A stretch of 42,272 nucleotides of DNA from a virus (lineage: Duplodnaviria > Caudoviricetes). Both the position numbers and the translations under genes were made by a program. The stretch is taken from IMG/VR virus record IMGVR_UViG_3300025018_000044, positions 1 through 42,272 of that record. One strand, written 5' to 3'. Position 1 is the stretch's first letter, and each line of letters begins with the position of its first letter. Below, one piece after another: positions 29,191 through 38,654 of this stretch. The notes below the pieces were generated by a model. The model was not told the DNA's origin, did no database searches, and worked only from the letters and a program-made list of their open reading frames with translations.

Positions 29191-29652
29191 ATGAAAACGA
29201 CACGCATTTTTATACTCGGACTCCGCGCCGAACCTTGGTCCGTAAGCATCGGCGAAGGCCGACGCGTGTTCAAAGGCGCGAAGCTTAAACAGTATCAAAA
29301 AGACTTGCGACTTATCGCCGGCGCCAAAGTCCGCGCAATCGACTTCGGAATGCAACCGGTTCGAATGGACCTGCTTGTTATCCGAAAGCGGTCGAAGACG
29401 GCCGCAAAGGCGCGCGCAAAGGATGGAATCAAAGGCGGCTTCGAATGGCATACGCAAACGCCGGACCGCGACAATTTTCATAAAGCTACACAAGACGCGT
29501 TTAAAGGGTTTTGGCCGGACGATTCCATCGTCTGCTCTGGAACGACCGACAAAATGTTCGGACCGGAAGACGCGATTTGCATCATTTTTTCGGAACCGGA
29601 ATCGGTCGACGAAGTTCTTTCATTTTACGGAATATCGGAGGGCATGTTTTGA
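29191..29652 (+). CDS. rusA: RusA-like Holliday junction resolvase
   Basis: Catalytic motif PDRDNFHKATQDAFKG..PDDSIV. Confidence 0.85.
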   Translation: MKTTRIFILGLRAEPWSVSIGEGRRVFKGAKLKQYQKDLRLIAGAKVRAIDFGMQPVRMDLLVIRKRSKTAAKARAKDGIKGGFEWHTQTPDRDNFHKATQDAFKGFWPDDSIVCSGTTDKMFGPEDAICIIFSEPESVDEVLSFYGISEGMF

Positions 29653-30077
29653 ACGTAATTCACATTATGGGAAATCTCGGCGGCGACCCTGAATTGACAT
29701 ACACGCAAGGCGGAACGCCTATTTGCAAATTTAGCGTCGCAACCAAAGAAACTTGGACGGATAAAGCCGGACAAAAACAGGAAAAGACCGAATGGCATCG
29801 CGTCGTATTTTTCGGACGTCGCGCGGAAGTCGTCGCCGAATTCTTCTCAAAGGGTAAGCCGATTTTAATTGAAGGGTCGATGACTTATAATCAATACACG
29901 ACGGCCGATGGCGTCCAGAAAACAAGCTCTGAAATCAAGGGCGAGCGGTTCCATTTCGTGGCAAGCGGCGGAGGTAGCAGTGAAAGACAAGGCAACAACC
30001 AAAGGTCGAACCAGTCGAACCAGTCGGCCGAAGCGGACTTCGACCAGTCGTTCAACGACGACGATATACCATTCTAG
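29649..30077 (+). CDS. ssb: Single-stranded DNA-binding protein
   Basis: GNLGGDPEL, TEWHRVV and C-terminal DDDIPF; TTG start after GGAGG. Confidence 0.95.
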   Translation: MNVIHIMGNLGGDPELTYTQGGTPICKFSVATKETWTDKAGQKQEKTEWHRVVFFGRRAEVVAEFFSKGKPILIEGSMTYNQYTTADGVQKTSSEIKGERFHFVASGGGSSERQGNNQRSNQSNQSAEADFDQSFNDDDIPF

Positions 30078-30324
30078 GAATCCAAAGGTTCCGCCGAAGC
30101 ATACCTGCTTCACTTGCGGCCGCGACACGTTTCACGCTTAATTATCGCGTACGGTTGAAATCAGGCCGAATGGAATCGAAGTGACGACGCTACTCGTCCG
30201 GCGGTTCAACGTCGAAAAAGACGGCGGCGGATGGACACTTCGTTACAACGCCGAGTCGGACCGCGTATCATGCCAACACGACGGCCGCGGCGAATACAGT
30301 CGGCATAATTGCAAGGGTCGATAA
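30078..30324 (+). pseudogene. Zn-finger-like ORF interrupted by an in-frame TAA (30139-30141)
   Basis: Reads HTCFTCGRDTFHA*LSRT...EYSRHNCKGR and ends at a TAA coupled to the terminase small subunit ATG; no clear start codon. Confidence 0.45.
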
Positions 30325-30845
30325 TGGCGCAAAAAACGAAGCTTACGAAGACGGTTACGAAGGACGTTTCCGACCGCTTACTTATTGGAAACTTTCCGAA
30401 AGCTGCGATGGAGTCGCTCGGCTTCAACGTTCGCAATTATCATTATTGGCGCAAGCGCGGCGAAGAGGAAATCGAACGCCGCGAGCTTGGCGAAAAGCCG
30501 AACCGGCGCGAATCGATTTACGTCGATTTTTTTCTTGAAACGCAGCGTGCGAATTCGGAAGCCGAGCACCTTTCGCTCGTGAATATCCGCGACATCGCAA
30601 CGGATAAGAAAGGCGTCGATTCGCGGACCAGGCTTGAAGCCGAAAAATTCTTTATGTCGTCCAGGTTCCGCGAACGATGGGGGCATGTAAAAGCCGACAT
30701 CGGCGGAAAGATTGAATTCGAAGTCGTCATCGGAACGCCTGCAAAATTGAACGTTGCGAAAGACCTTCCGGAAGACGCGGACGACTACGGCGCAGGCGAA
30801 GACTTCGACGGCGAAGTCGGCGACGACGAAGACGAAGACGAATGA
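30324..30845 (+). CDS. terS: Terminase small subunit
   Basis: HTH-like N-terminus, AEKFFMSSRFRERWG motif, directly upstream of terL. Confidence 0.75.
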   Translation: MAQKTKLTKTVTKDVSDRLLIGNFPKAAMESLGFNVRNYHYWRKRGEEEIERRELGEKPNRRESIYVDFFLETQRANSEAEHLSLVNIRDIATDKKGVDSRTRLEAEKFFMSSRFRERWGHVKADIGGKIEFEVVIGTPAKLNVAKDLPEDADDYGAGEDFDGEVGDDEDEDE

Positions 30846-32095
30846 AAACGCGAATCATTCTTCCGACGCTCTACCCTGCGCAACACGCCGCGATTTTTTC
30901 CGAAGCGCGGTATAGCCTAATCGAAGCATCGACGAAGGCCGGGAAGACGTTCGGATGTATGATTTGGCAAATGTCGCGCGTCTTGTCGGTTCCTGGCGAA
31001 CACTGGTGGATTGCGCCGATTAAGGACGTCTCCGGCATTGCTTACAAACGCTGCGTCGAACTTACGAAAGACATCGCGGTTAAAACGAACGATTCCAAAT
31101 ATCAGATATTTTTTCCGAACGGCTCGGTATGGTGGTTTCGCGGCTCTGATAAAACCGATTCGCTTTACGGAGAAGACGTGCAATCGGTCGTAATCGACGA
31201 GGCGTCGCGATGTAAGGACGGCGTTTGGCCGGCGGTCCGGTCGATTATTACGTCGACGCGCGCGCCGGTCCGAATGATTGGAAACGTCCGCGGCCGTAAA
31301 AATTGGTTCTGGAAACTATGCCGAAAAGCCGAGCAAAAACAGAAACGACACACACAAGGCGGTAAGCGTTGGCGTCATGCAAAACTTACCGCATACGACG
31401 CAGTCGCCGGCGGCGTCTTAGCGAAGGCCGAGGTCGAAGACGCGCGCGACTCTTTGGACAAGGCGGTTTTCGAAGAGCTTTACCTGGCGATTGAGTCCGA
31501 CGCGGCTTCGTCGCCTTTCGGGTCGGCGCTCGAGCGTAGAAAGCAAATCGGCCTTGCGCCTGGTCCGGCCGTCGCCTTCGGCGTCGATGTCGCCAAAAAA
31601 TTAGACTTCATGGTTATCATCGGACTGAATGCGCTCGGCGACGTATGTCATTTCGAACGATTCAACCAAATGACATATCCGAACGTCGTCGCCAGAATCA
31701 AGACGGTCTGCGGCGACGTTCGGACGTACATTGATGCGACCGGCGTCGGCGAACCAGTCGTCGACTTTTGCCAAGCTGAAATGTTGGCGTGCGCCGGATT
31801 CATGTTCACGCCGTCATCACGTGTCCGGCTCTTCGACGGGCTTCAAAAAGCTTTGCAGTCGAACCAGACTTCGATTCTTGAAGGCGACTGCTACGACGAA
31901 CTTGATACGTTCGAATATTCCTGGACGAAGTACGGTAAAGATTATCGCCAACTTGAAGGCGTTCACGACGACTGCGCTTGCGCGCACGCGCTCGCCGTCG
32001 CCGCGATGTCGCTTCCGATTATCCACGAAGCTCCGCCGAACTTGTACAGCGCGCCGCAAACCGCAACGCAGGCAATGTTTAAGCAGGGTTGGTAA
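30842..32095 (+). CDS. terL: Terminase large subunit
   Basis: LYPAQ, Walker A TKAGKT, Walker B VVIDEA, nuclease GVDVA, IDATGVG, HDD. Confidence 0.92.
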   Translation: MKTRIILPTLYPAQHAAIFSEARYSLIEASTKAGKTFGCMIWQMSRVLSVPGEHWWIAPIKDVSGIAYKRCVELTKDIAVKTNDSKYQIFFPNGSVWWFRGSDKTDSLYGEDVQSVVIDEASRCKDGVWPAVRSIITSTRAPVRMIGNVRGRKNWFWKLCRKAEQKQKRHTQGGKRWRHAKLTAYDAVAGGVLAKAEVEDARDSLDKAVFEELYLAIESDAASSPFGSALERRKQIGLAPGPAVAFGVDVAKKLDFMVIIGLNALGDVCHFERFNQMTYPNVVARIKTVCGDVRTYIDATGVGEPVVDFCQAEMLACAGFMFTPSSRVRLFDGLQKALQSNQTSILEGDCYDELDTFEYSWTKYGKDYRQLEGVHDDCACAHALAVAAMSLPIIHEAPPNLYSAPQTATQAMFKQGW

Positions 32096-32099
32096 CGAG

Positions 32100-32128
32100 T
32101 TGACATGACAGATGCTCGCAATTAACGT
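32100..32128 (+). promoter_or_regulatory. Early promoter variant TTGACA-17-TAACGT
   Basis: Shares TCGCAATTAACGT with the repeated promoter. Confidence 0.7.
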
Positions 32129-32163
32129 AACGGTTCGGCGATGACGCCAACGAAGGACACACC

Positions 32164-33171
32164 ATGACGCAAATTATACGAATGCCAGAGGCCGAATATC
32201 ATTCACGCGACGAAGTTTCGTCGACGATGCTACGACGGTTCGACCGGTCGCCGGCGCATATGATGATGCCAGTCAAACGAACAAAGTCGATGATTTTAGG
32301 CTCGCTCGTTCACGCGATGGTTTTAACGCCAGACGAAATCGAACTCCACTTCGCGCAGAAACTTCCGGACGTCGAAAAGCCGGACGGTTGCGATTTCCGA
32401 AAGAAGGAATGGAAAGAATGGCGCGACGGCGCCGACGGACAAGCTTATTTACAGGCGGACGAAGACACGAAGGCGGCGAACGCAGAGCTTCAACGTCGCG
32501 CAGACGAAACCGACTTCGAAATCGTTTCCGAGTCGACCTGGAAGACGGCCGAAGCGATGGCGCGCCGCGTGAAAGAACATCCGATTTTCGAAAAGCTGAA
32601 TCCGACGCGGGACCAATGCGAAGTAAGCATCGTTTCCGAATTCGATTCGCCGCGCGGACGCATCAAAGGCCGATGTCGATACGACATGCTCGTCGAACGG
32701 ACGTCGGCCGACATCAAATGTACGGTCGATGCATCGCCAGAGGCGTTTATGCGGTCCGTAATCAAGTTCGGATATCACGTCCAGTTTGCGTTCTATAACC
32801 GGCTCCATATCGAAGAGCACGGCGTTCCGCTGGACGAGTGGTACTTTATCGCCGTCGAAGCGAAGTCGCCGATAGGCGTCGCCGTCTACACCTTACCGCC
32901 GGAAGCCAAGCGCGCCGGCGACGAATATTTAAACCGAATCATGCCGGAATTTTCGCGATGGTACTTCGACGACTATCCGAACGGAATCGCGCAGTCATAC
33001 TCGCCGATTCCGCAGGCGTTACCATGGCCAAGATGGGCCGGCGGATATCAGGACAACCAACGAGAAACCGCGGACGAAACTCCGTACGTCGAAGACATCG
33101 GCGACGAATTCGAAGACGACGACGCGTTCGACTTCGCCGAAGCCGAAGAGCTTGATTTTTCGGACTTCTAA
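32164..33171 (+). CDS. PD-(D/E)XK exonuclease (RecE/exonuclease VIII, DUF3799-like)
   Basis: EYH..VSST.L, GSLVHAMVL, RCRYD, DIKCT, YHVQFAFY, FIAVE. Confidence 0.85.
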   Translation: MTQIIRMPEAEYHSRDEVSSTMLRRFDRSPAHMMMPVKRTKSMILGSLVHAMVLTPDEIELHFAQKLPDVEKPDGCDFRKKEWKEWRDGADGQAYLQADEDTKAANAELQRRADETDFEIVSESTWKTAEAMARRVKEHPIFEKLNPTRDQCEVSIVSEFDSPRGRIKGRCRYDMLVERTSADIKCTVDASPEAFMRSVIKFGYHVQFAFYNRLHIEEHGVPLDEWYFIAVEAKSPIGVAVYTLPPEAKRAGDEYLNRIMPEFSRWYFDDYPNGIAQSYSPIPQALPWPRWAGGYQDNQRETADETPYVEDIGDEFEDDDAFDFAEAEELDFSDF

Positions 33172-33173
33172 CG

Positions 33174-33401
33174 ATGCGAATTCCGCTTCGTCACGATGTC
33201 GACGCACTGCGAAGGCGGTTCCGGCGCCGGAAATATCTTGCGCGATGGCCTTTCGTGGCGATGGCAATTGTCGCCGGCGCCGCTTTTTTCTTTGTCACGG
33301 TTCGCGACAATCCGAACCGGATTTATTCTCAGGAGTCCTTTAATGATGTTCAAAAAACGTGCGAAAGTCGTCGTTTCCTGGCGATACCCTGGCGGTTATA
33401 A
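33174..33401 (+). CDS. Small basic membrane peptide
   Basis: Arg-rich N-terminus, then a single transmembrane segment WPFVAMAIVAGAAFFFVTV; starts 2 nt after the exonuclease stop. Confidence 0.45.
   Translation: MRIPLRHDVDALRRRFRRRKYLARWPFVAMAIVAGAAFFFVTVRDNPNRIYSQESFNDVQKTCESRRFLAIPWRL
33186..33227. repeat. 42-bp perfect inverted repeat, partner at 39081-39122
   Basis: CTTCGTCACGATGTCGACGCACTGCGAAGGCGGTTCCGGCGC is the exact reverse complement of 39081-39122. Confidence 0.95.
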
Positions 33402-33912
33402 CGACGAGCTCTTCGGAACCGAAGTCGGTCAAAAGGTAGAAATAGAAGTCCGTAAAAAAGGCGACTGGAAATGGAATCATTTATGGCTTCCGTTCGTCGT
33501 GTTCATCGTCGGAATCTTCGCGCCGGCATGGCGCAAACGCTGGAACGAAACGTTCGCCGTTACCGTCGGAACGACGTGTTATTTTCCGACGACATCGCCG
33601 AGCGAAGGACTTGTTGCGCACGAAGCTCGTCACGCGTTGCAGTGGTGCCGCGAGCGTTTCCTTTACGTCGCGAAGTATGCTTTTCGCGGCGCCTGGCGTC
33701 TTGCATACGAGGCCGAAGCCGTCGAATTCGGACAACATGCGTTCAATGTTTCAGGAAATCGCGAAGCGCTTATCGAACACTGGTCGCGTGCGTTGTCCGG
33801 CTCGGCTTACTTGTATGCGGCCGACTACGAAACCGCGTACGGTCGATTCAGCTTGGCGACGAAACGGACTAACGTCCAAGTGTTCATGACACAAAAAGAG
33901 CTTTCAACTTAA
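33343..33912 (+). CDS. HExxH metallopeptidase-like protein (DUF4157-like)
   Basis: AGGAG ribosome site; AVTVG...LVAHEARHALQW...YEAEA. Confidence 0.65.
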   Translation: MMFKKRAKVVVSWRYPGGYNDELFGTEVGQKVEIEVRKKGDWKWNHLWLPFVVFIVGIFAPAWRKRWNETFAVTVGTTCYFPTTSPSEGLVAHEARHALQWCRERFLYVAKYAFRGAWRLAYEAEAVEFGQHAFNVSGNREALIEHWSRALSGSAYLYAADYETAYGRFSLATKRTNVQVFMTQKELST

Positions 33913-33946
33913 ACCGTTTGGCGATGACGCCAACGAAGGACACACC

Positions 33947-34984
33947 ATGACAGACGAATTTACGCCGAACGTTTGCGACGTCCGCGAAGGACGGACGGAA
34001 CCGCCTGCGTCGCAACCAGAGCCGACGAAGCTTCCGCCGTCGCCGCGCCTTTCCGAGCTTGTTCAAAAAGAGGGCGCAGAGGTCACGTTTTACGCGGCCG
34101 CATCAACCGAGCTTAAAAAAACGAAGACGAAAAAGCCTTTCGTTTCATGGGAATTTTACGACGGAAAATCGACGATATTCGGAACGCAATTTGATACGTC
34201 CGAAGCCTTCGAAACCGGCGTTTTTAAAGTTCGCGGAAAGTTCGAAAAATATAACGACGTCATGCGGATTCGCGTTTCGAAGGTTCGGCCGGTTGACGAT
34301 TCAGACGACATCGACGCCGACCTTTCGTCGTGGATTGAAATTCGCGAATCGGAATTCGCAGCGGCCGAACTCGTCGACAAGTTCAACGCCGCGCTCGAAT
34401 GGATTTCCGAACCAGTCCGAAACGTCGTCTTAGACATCTTGGAAACGCTCGGACCGGCGTTCGCAGAGGCTCCGGCTTCGGTTCAATATCACCATGCGTT
34501 TACGCGCGGGCTTTTCGAACACACTACATCGATGCTCGGCGCGGCTTCGGCCATCGTCGGACACTATTCGAAAATGTACCCTGCAACGCCAATCAATGCC
34601 GACGTCGTATACTCGGCCATCGTCTTGCATGACGCGTTTAAGGCCATCGACGCGCGTCTTGATGCGGCTGAGTGGATACCTACAAACGAATCGTTTTTGA
34701 TTGGCCATATCGCAGCGTCGGCGCACGCAATCCTTTCGCAGACTTGGCCGGACGGAATCGGACAAGACATCGCGCACGCCGTCCTTTCACACCATGGAAC
34801 GCTAGAATTCGGCTCGCCTGTTCCGCCGCGGACTATTGAAGCGTTCATCGTGCATTCAGTAGACATGCTCGATTCGAAGCTCTTCATGTACCGCGAAGCC
34901 GTCGTCGGCGTTGCGCCTGGCGAAATGTCGCCGTATTCGTACGCGCTGCGAACCGTCGTTCGAAGCGGAAGGGGCGAAGCATGA
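33947..34984 (+). CDS. yhaM: OB-fold + HD 3'-5' exoribonuclease, YhaM/Cbf1 family
   Basis: N-terminal OB fold, then APAS..YHHAF.RGLFEHT, LHD.FK, GHI, SHHG.LEFGSPVPPRTIEA, D.LDSK. Confidence 0.85.
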   Translation: MTDEFTPNVCDVREGRTEPPASQPEPTKLPPSPRLSELVQKEGAEVTFYAAASTELKKTKTKKPFVSWEFYDGKSTIFGTQFDTSEAFETGVFKVRGKFEKYNDVMRIRVSKVRPVDDSDDIDADLSSWIEIRESEFAAAELVDKFNAALEWISEPVRNVVLDILETLGPAFAEAPASVQYHHAFTRGLFEHTTSMLGAASAIVGHYSKMYPATPINADVVYSAIVLHDAFKAIDARLDAAEWIPTNESFLIGHIAASAHAILSQTWPDGIGQDIAHAVLSHHGTLEFGSPVPPRTIEAFIVHSVDMLDSKLFMYREAVVGVAPGEMSPYSYALRTVVRSGRGEA

Positions 34985-35679
34985 AGGCCATAACCATCAA
35001 ACAACCATGGGCGACGCTGATAGCTTCCGGCGTGAAAGGCGTCGAAAATAGAACATGGCCGGTTCCAAAAACAATCCGCGGACAACGCATCGCGATACAT
35101 GCCGGAAAGGGCTTCGACGACGTAGGTTTCGAGGATTTCCTGGAAGGCGTATGCGGTTGCGACGGCGAGTACCCTTATTGTCAGATTTGCAATCTTTGGA
35201 AGTTCGTCGCCGGCGGCGAGCGCGAAAACTGGCACGAGCAAAATGCAATCTTCGAAGCGAACATCGCCCTTTCGAAAACGGTATCGGGTCGCATCCTGGC
35301 AACCGCGCTCGTCGTCGGACAAACCAAACCAGGCGAAGACTTCGTTTCAAAAGGCTCCGAATTCTGGTCGTCGAAACCATGCTTTAATTGCGACGGCAGA
35401 GGCCGGCTTGATGCGCGCCGAATCGTCGGCGAAATGGGAATCGACCAGATATTCGAAACGCTTCCGGATTTCTACGAGTGCGAATACTGCGACGGAACCG
35501 GAAACGGATATGTTTCCGAGGCTGACCTTTTGTTCGCGGAAAAAGATGCATATTCGTGGATTTTGGCCGACGTCCGGTTGACATACGACGAAGCTCTATA
35601 CGTTGGAAAACAAGGCCTTTGGATTGTTCCAGAACCATCAAATGACCATCAAATGACCATCAAAAAGGACACAAAATGA
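34981..35679 (+). CDS. ASCH domain protein with inserted Cys motifs
   Basis: MKAITIKQPWA.LI..GVK.VENRTW, IAIHAG and GKQGLW; two CxxCxGxG motifs. Confidence 0.85.
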   Translation: MKAITIKQPWATLIASGVKGVENRTWPVPKTIRGQRIAIHAGKGFDDVGFEDFLEGVCGCDGEYPYCQICNLWKFVAGGERENWHEQNAIFEANIALSKTVSGRILATALVVGQTKPGEDFVSKGSEFWSSKPCFNCDGRGRLDARRIVGEMGIDQIFETLPDFYECEYCDGTGNGYVSEADLLFAEKDAYSWILADVRLTYDEALYVGKQGLWIVPEPSNDHQMTIKKDTK

Positions 35680-36161
35680 ACGAAGAAATTATCAAGATTC
35701 TGGAAATGTTTCGGACTGGTTTTTTGAACCAAATAACGAACATCGCGCTCGCAATGCACGACCAGGTCAAAGACACGCGCGACGTCGAATATATCAAGGC
35801 GCCTGGCGATGACGTCGCGACGAAGTCGGCCGCAGTCGACGCGATGGCGCTTGTGTCAGCTTGGATTGTCGCGCTCGGCGAGGCTCAATTTTTAGACGCC
35901 GGTTATGTTCGCGTCATCGGAAACGGAAAGCCGTCGCGATGCGCCTTCGAAGCTATCGTCGGACCGTTGCGATTCGAAGACGGCTCCGGACGTCCAGCAA
36001 ACGGCCTACCGGTCGTAGTCGCCGAAGACGACGGCGAGTACTTCGTCGAAGTCCCGGTCGTCGTTCGCGTTCGCGTAAATCCGGATTTTCCGATTGATGA
36101 ATCGTTGCGCGCAAAGGCGAACGGCCTAATCACGCCACAAATTGAAATCATAAAGGGTTGA
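35676..36161 (+). CDS. Hypothetical protein
   Basis: AAGGACACAAAATG start, coupled to the previous gene. Confidence 0.7.
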   Translation: MNEEIIKILEMFRTGFLNQITNIALAMHDQVKDTRDVEYIKAPGDDVATKSAAVDAMALVSAWIVALGEAQFLDAGYVRVIGNGKPSRCAFEAIVGPLRFEDGSGRPANGLPVVVAEDDGEYFVEVPVVVRVRVNPDFPIDESLRAKANGLITPQIEIIKG

Positions 36162-36670
36162 ACATGTCGTCGAAAATTACGCCTGCGCAATTGCGCATAC
36201 TGATTACGTCCGTCGGCGCGATGTCGCACCTTCGGCGGACCGTTGCGAACTACATCGAGCCGGACATGTCACTCGGCGGACTTCCGTCGGATTACGTGTT
36301 AGGAATCCGCGCCGCCTTGATGCGTCAAGCTCGAGTCGAACCTGGCGACTCTATTCACTGCTTGGACATGGTCGCGACCCTTGACGCGATGCGGCCGCAT
36401 TTCGAAACCGGAGGCCGGTTCTGGAACGCTGAAACATACGCCGTCGCCGAAGCCGCCGAAGCCGCCGGAATCGTCACGCGAACGCGATTCGAATACGACC
36501 AAAGAGGAAACATGAACCGAGTACTCGTTACCCTTTCACGCGATACCGTCAAAGCGAGCTATGTCGTCGCATTTCCGGCGGAAGGGTCATCGCATTACAT
36601 TGGCGATACACTTGCGACATACATCAAAGTTTTAGCGCGCGAATCTTTCAACGTGGAGCTCGGCCGATGA
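36158..36670 (+). CDS. Hypothetical protein
   Basis: Coupled ORF; start is TTG 36158 or ATG 36164. Confidence 0.65.
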   Translation: MNMSSKITPAQLRILITSVGAMSHLRRTVANYIEPDMSLGGLPSDYVLGIRAALMRQARVEPGDSIHCLDMVATLDAMRPHFETGGRFWNAETYAVAEAAEAAGIVTRTRFEYDQRGNMNRVLVTLSRDTVKASYVVAFPAEGSSHYIGDTLATYIKVLARESFNVELGR

Positions 36671-37197
36671 ACACTTCAAAAAATGAACCTACGCCAGACG
36701 AATACCGCGCTTTTTGCGCATCGATGTACTGCGCGCCGGATACAGTCGACCGCGACTTGTACGTCGCCTTTTTGCTGGAAGAGGAAACCGGCGAAGTCGC
36801 GAAGCTCTTCGCGAAGGCCATCCGCGACAACGAACACGTCGTCGACCATGACAAGTTGAAAGACGAACTCGGCGACGTCCTGTGGTGCTCTTCGTTCGAT
36901 GGCAAGTCGTCCAAGGTATGGCCGACGTTCAACATCGACGGATTGCCAAGACATACAAGGCCGGTCGAACCTGGCGACGTGTTCAACCGATACGGCCGAA
37001 GCCGCCGGCAATGGTACTACGGCCATATTCTAAGCTTGATGCAAACCGTTCGACACGCGCCGTCGCTTGACGCCGCCGCCGCCAGGCTTTGCGCCGCGCT
37101 TGGCTTCGAGCCGGCCGACGTCGCAGCGCATAACGTCGCAAAGCTCAAAGACCGCAAAGCGCGCAACGTCATCAAAGGCGCAGGCGATGGACGATGA
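36667..37197 (+). CDS. mazG: MazG-like nucleotide pyrophosphohydrolase
   Basis: EETGEVA...LKDELGDVLW...NVAKLKDR...GAGD.R. Confidence 0.8.
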   Translation: MNTSKNEPTPDEYRAFCASMYCAPDTVDRDLYVAFLLEEETGEVAKLFAKAIRDNEHVVDHDKLKDELGDVLWCSSFDGKSSKVWPTFNIDGLPRHTRPVEPGDVFNRYGRSRRQWYYGHILSLMQTVRHAPSLDAAAARLCAALGFEPADVAAHNVAKLKDRKARNVIKGAGDGR

Positions 37198-37442
37198 CTC
37201 CGCCGCTTTCAAAATGCGCATCGTGTCACGCGTCGATTTATTGGGCTTCAACGCGAATCGGCCGAGCAATGCCAATCGACGCCGAGCCGTCCGACGATGG
37301 CAACGTCGCGCTCGTCTGGTCCGAAAGGCTTAACCGCATCGTTTGTCACGTTGTCGCCGACCGCGCAGGCTTCGGCCATCCGCTGCGAACCAGTCACTTC
37401 GCGACATGTCCAGACGCCGACCGTTTTAGGCGCAAAGGGTAG
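37194..37442 (+). CDS. Small Zn-finger protein
   Basis: CASC...MPIDAEP...SHFATCP. Confidence 0.75.
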   Translation: MTPPLSKCASCHASIYWASTRIGRAMPIDAEPSDDGNVALVWSERLNRIVCHVVADRAGFGHPLRTSHFATCPDADRFRRKG

Positions 37443-37501
37443 GATTTTTTGATTTAGGGACGTGGCAAGCTGCGCCGTCTCGCGCGCGACCCTTCGTCGT
37501 G

Positions 37502-37531
37502 TTGACTCTTTCCGATTCTTTCGATTAACGT
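37502..37531 (+). promoter_or_regulatory. Early promoter variant TTGACT-18-TAACGT
   Basis: Same -10 and a tandem TTAACGT, followed by the leader hairpin. Confidence 0.55.
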
Positions 37532-37575
37532 ATTAACGTCGACGATGTCCGTCGGCCATAACCAGGACACACACC

Positions 37576-37842
37576 ATGAACGAACTTGTAATCGGCGCGT
37601 CGTATCGCAGGAAATGAAGCTCGAGCCTGGTCGCGAAATCGTTGTCAGCGGAATCCGACACGTCTACGACGGAATGTTTTTCAAAGTCGCGGACGTGGAA
37701 GATATGCCGGGAACCTACGTTTACACGCGGCCGTTATAGGTACGGCTTGACGCTCGTCGCCTGCGTCGATTACCTTCGGACTCTCTTCGGACGGCGAAAA
37801 CGACTATTCGTCGAACTTCCGGCGCAAACGGTCGACCCTTGA
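37576..37842 (+). pseudogene. Frameshifted hypothetical gene, or a 13-aa leader peptide plus coupled ORF
   Basis: The full leader motif points to ATG 37576, but that frame stops after 13 codons. Protein-like text continues in the 37614-37739 frame. Confidence 0.4.
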
Positions 37843-37867
37843 TTCAGGTCGGCCGTTTGCTTTTCTT

Positions 37868-37906
37868 GTTGACGCGTTAACGTTTCGCAATTAACGTTTG
37901 TCTTGT
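37868..37906 (+). promoter_or_regulatory. Repeated early promoter, copy 2
   Basis: 39-bp identity with 23977-24015. Confidence 0.75.
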
Positions 37907-37938
37907 TGAGGCGATGAACGCCGAACGAAGGACGCACC

Positions 37939-38184
37939 ATGACAGAGCAATACACGACACGATTCACGCAGTTTTGCAAAGCTTTCGACACGACTCCGGA
38001 GTCGATGACGGAACGCGTCAACCGCGAACGGAAGAGGGTCGTCTTTAATGGAATCGACATGCAATGGAACGCAGCGTTTATCGAATGGACGCGCGAAATG
38101 TGGACCAAGTTCGACCCGACGTTGACGACCGGCCAACGTATGATGAAACAAGCCGAGTTTGACGCTTGGCTTTCGAGCCTTTGA
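37939..38184 (+). CDS. Hypothetical early protein
   Basis: Leader motif AAGGACGCACCATG. Confidence 0.75.
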   Translation: MTEQYTTRFTQFCKAFDTTPESMTERVNRERKRVVFNGIDMQWNAAFIEWTREMWTKFDPTLTTGQRMMKQAEFDAWLSSL

Positions 38185-38205
38185 AGTCCGGCGCAAGCCG
38201 AAGCC

Positions 38206-38258
38206 GACCAGGTCGACCGCGAAAGCCGTCGGCCTTTCGACGTGTCGGCATGTCGCCG
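38206..38258 (+). repeat. 53-bp intergenic direct repeat (identical to 38581-38633)
   Basis: GACCAGGTCGACCGCGAAAGCCGTCGGCCTTTCGACGTGTCGGCATGTCGCCG flanks gene 38281-38565. Confidence 0.9.
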
Positions 38259-38280
38259 AACGATTGAACCAGGACACACC

Positions 38281-38565
38281 ATGAGCGAAACCATTCACAA
38301 CCAGACGACATGCGGCGACGACGAGGCGAACCTGCGCGCCATCATTTTTCGCGGCGCTTACTGGTTCGACCTTTCCGTTTCGGAAGCCGCGGACCATGTT
38401 TGGATTTCTGGCAACCGCGCCGGCTCCGAACGGCTTGAGTCGTTACTTGCGGCGCTTGGATATGGCGACAACATCGCCGGCGGAATCAAGCGATACGATA
38501 CCGGAAGCCGGACGGTCGTCATCGAATTCTACTTGGCCGACATCGCCGAAACCCTGGCGTCGTAA
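38281..38565 (+). CDS. Hypothetical early protein
   Basis: Leader motif CAGGACACACCATG. Confidence 0.75.
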   Translation: MSETIHNQTTCGDDEANLRAIIFRGAYWFDLSVSEAADHVWISGNRAGSERLESLLAALGYGDNIAGGIKRYDTGSRTVVIEFYLADIAETLAS

Positions 38566-38654
38566 CCTTCCGAATCTTCGGACCAGGTCGACCGCGAAAG
38601 CCGTCGGCCTTTCGACGTGTCGGCATGTCGCCGGCCAAAGGACCAGGAACGAAC

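Noticed and set aside
35634-35664. ACCATCAAATG tandem repeat (about 2.8 copies) at the end of the ASCH gene
   Set aside because: Single short local duplication with no other copies seen; likely slippage.
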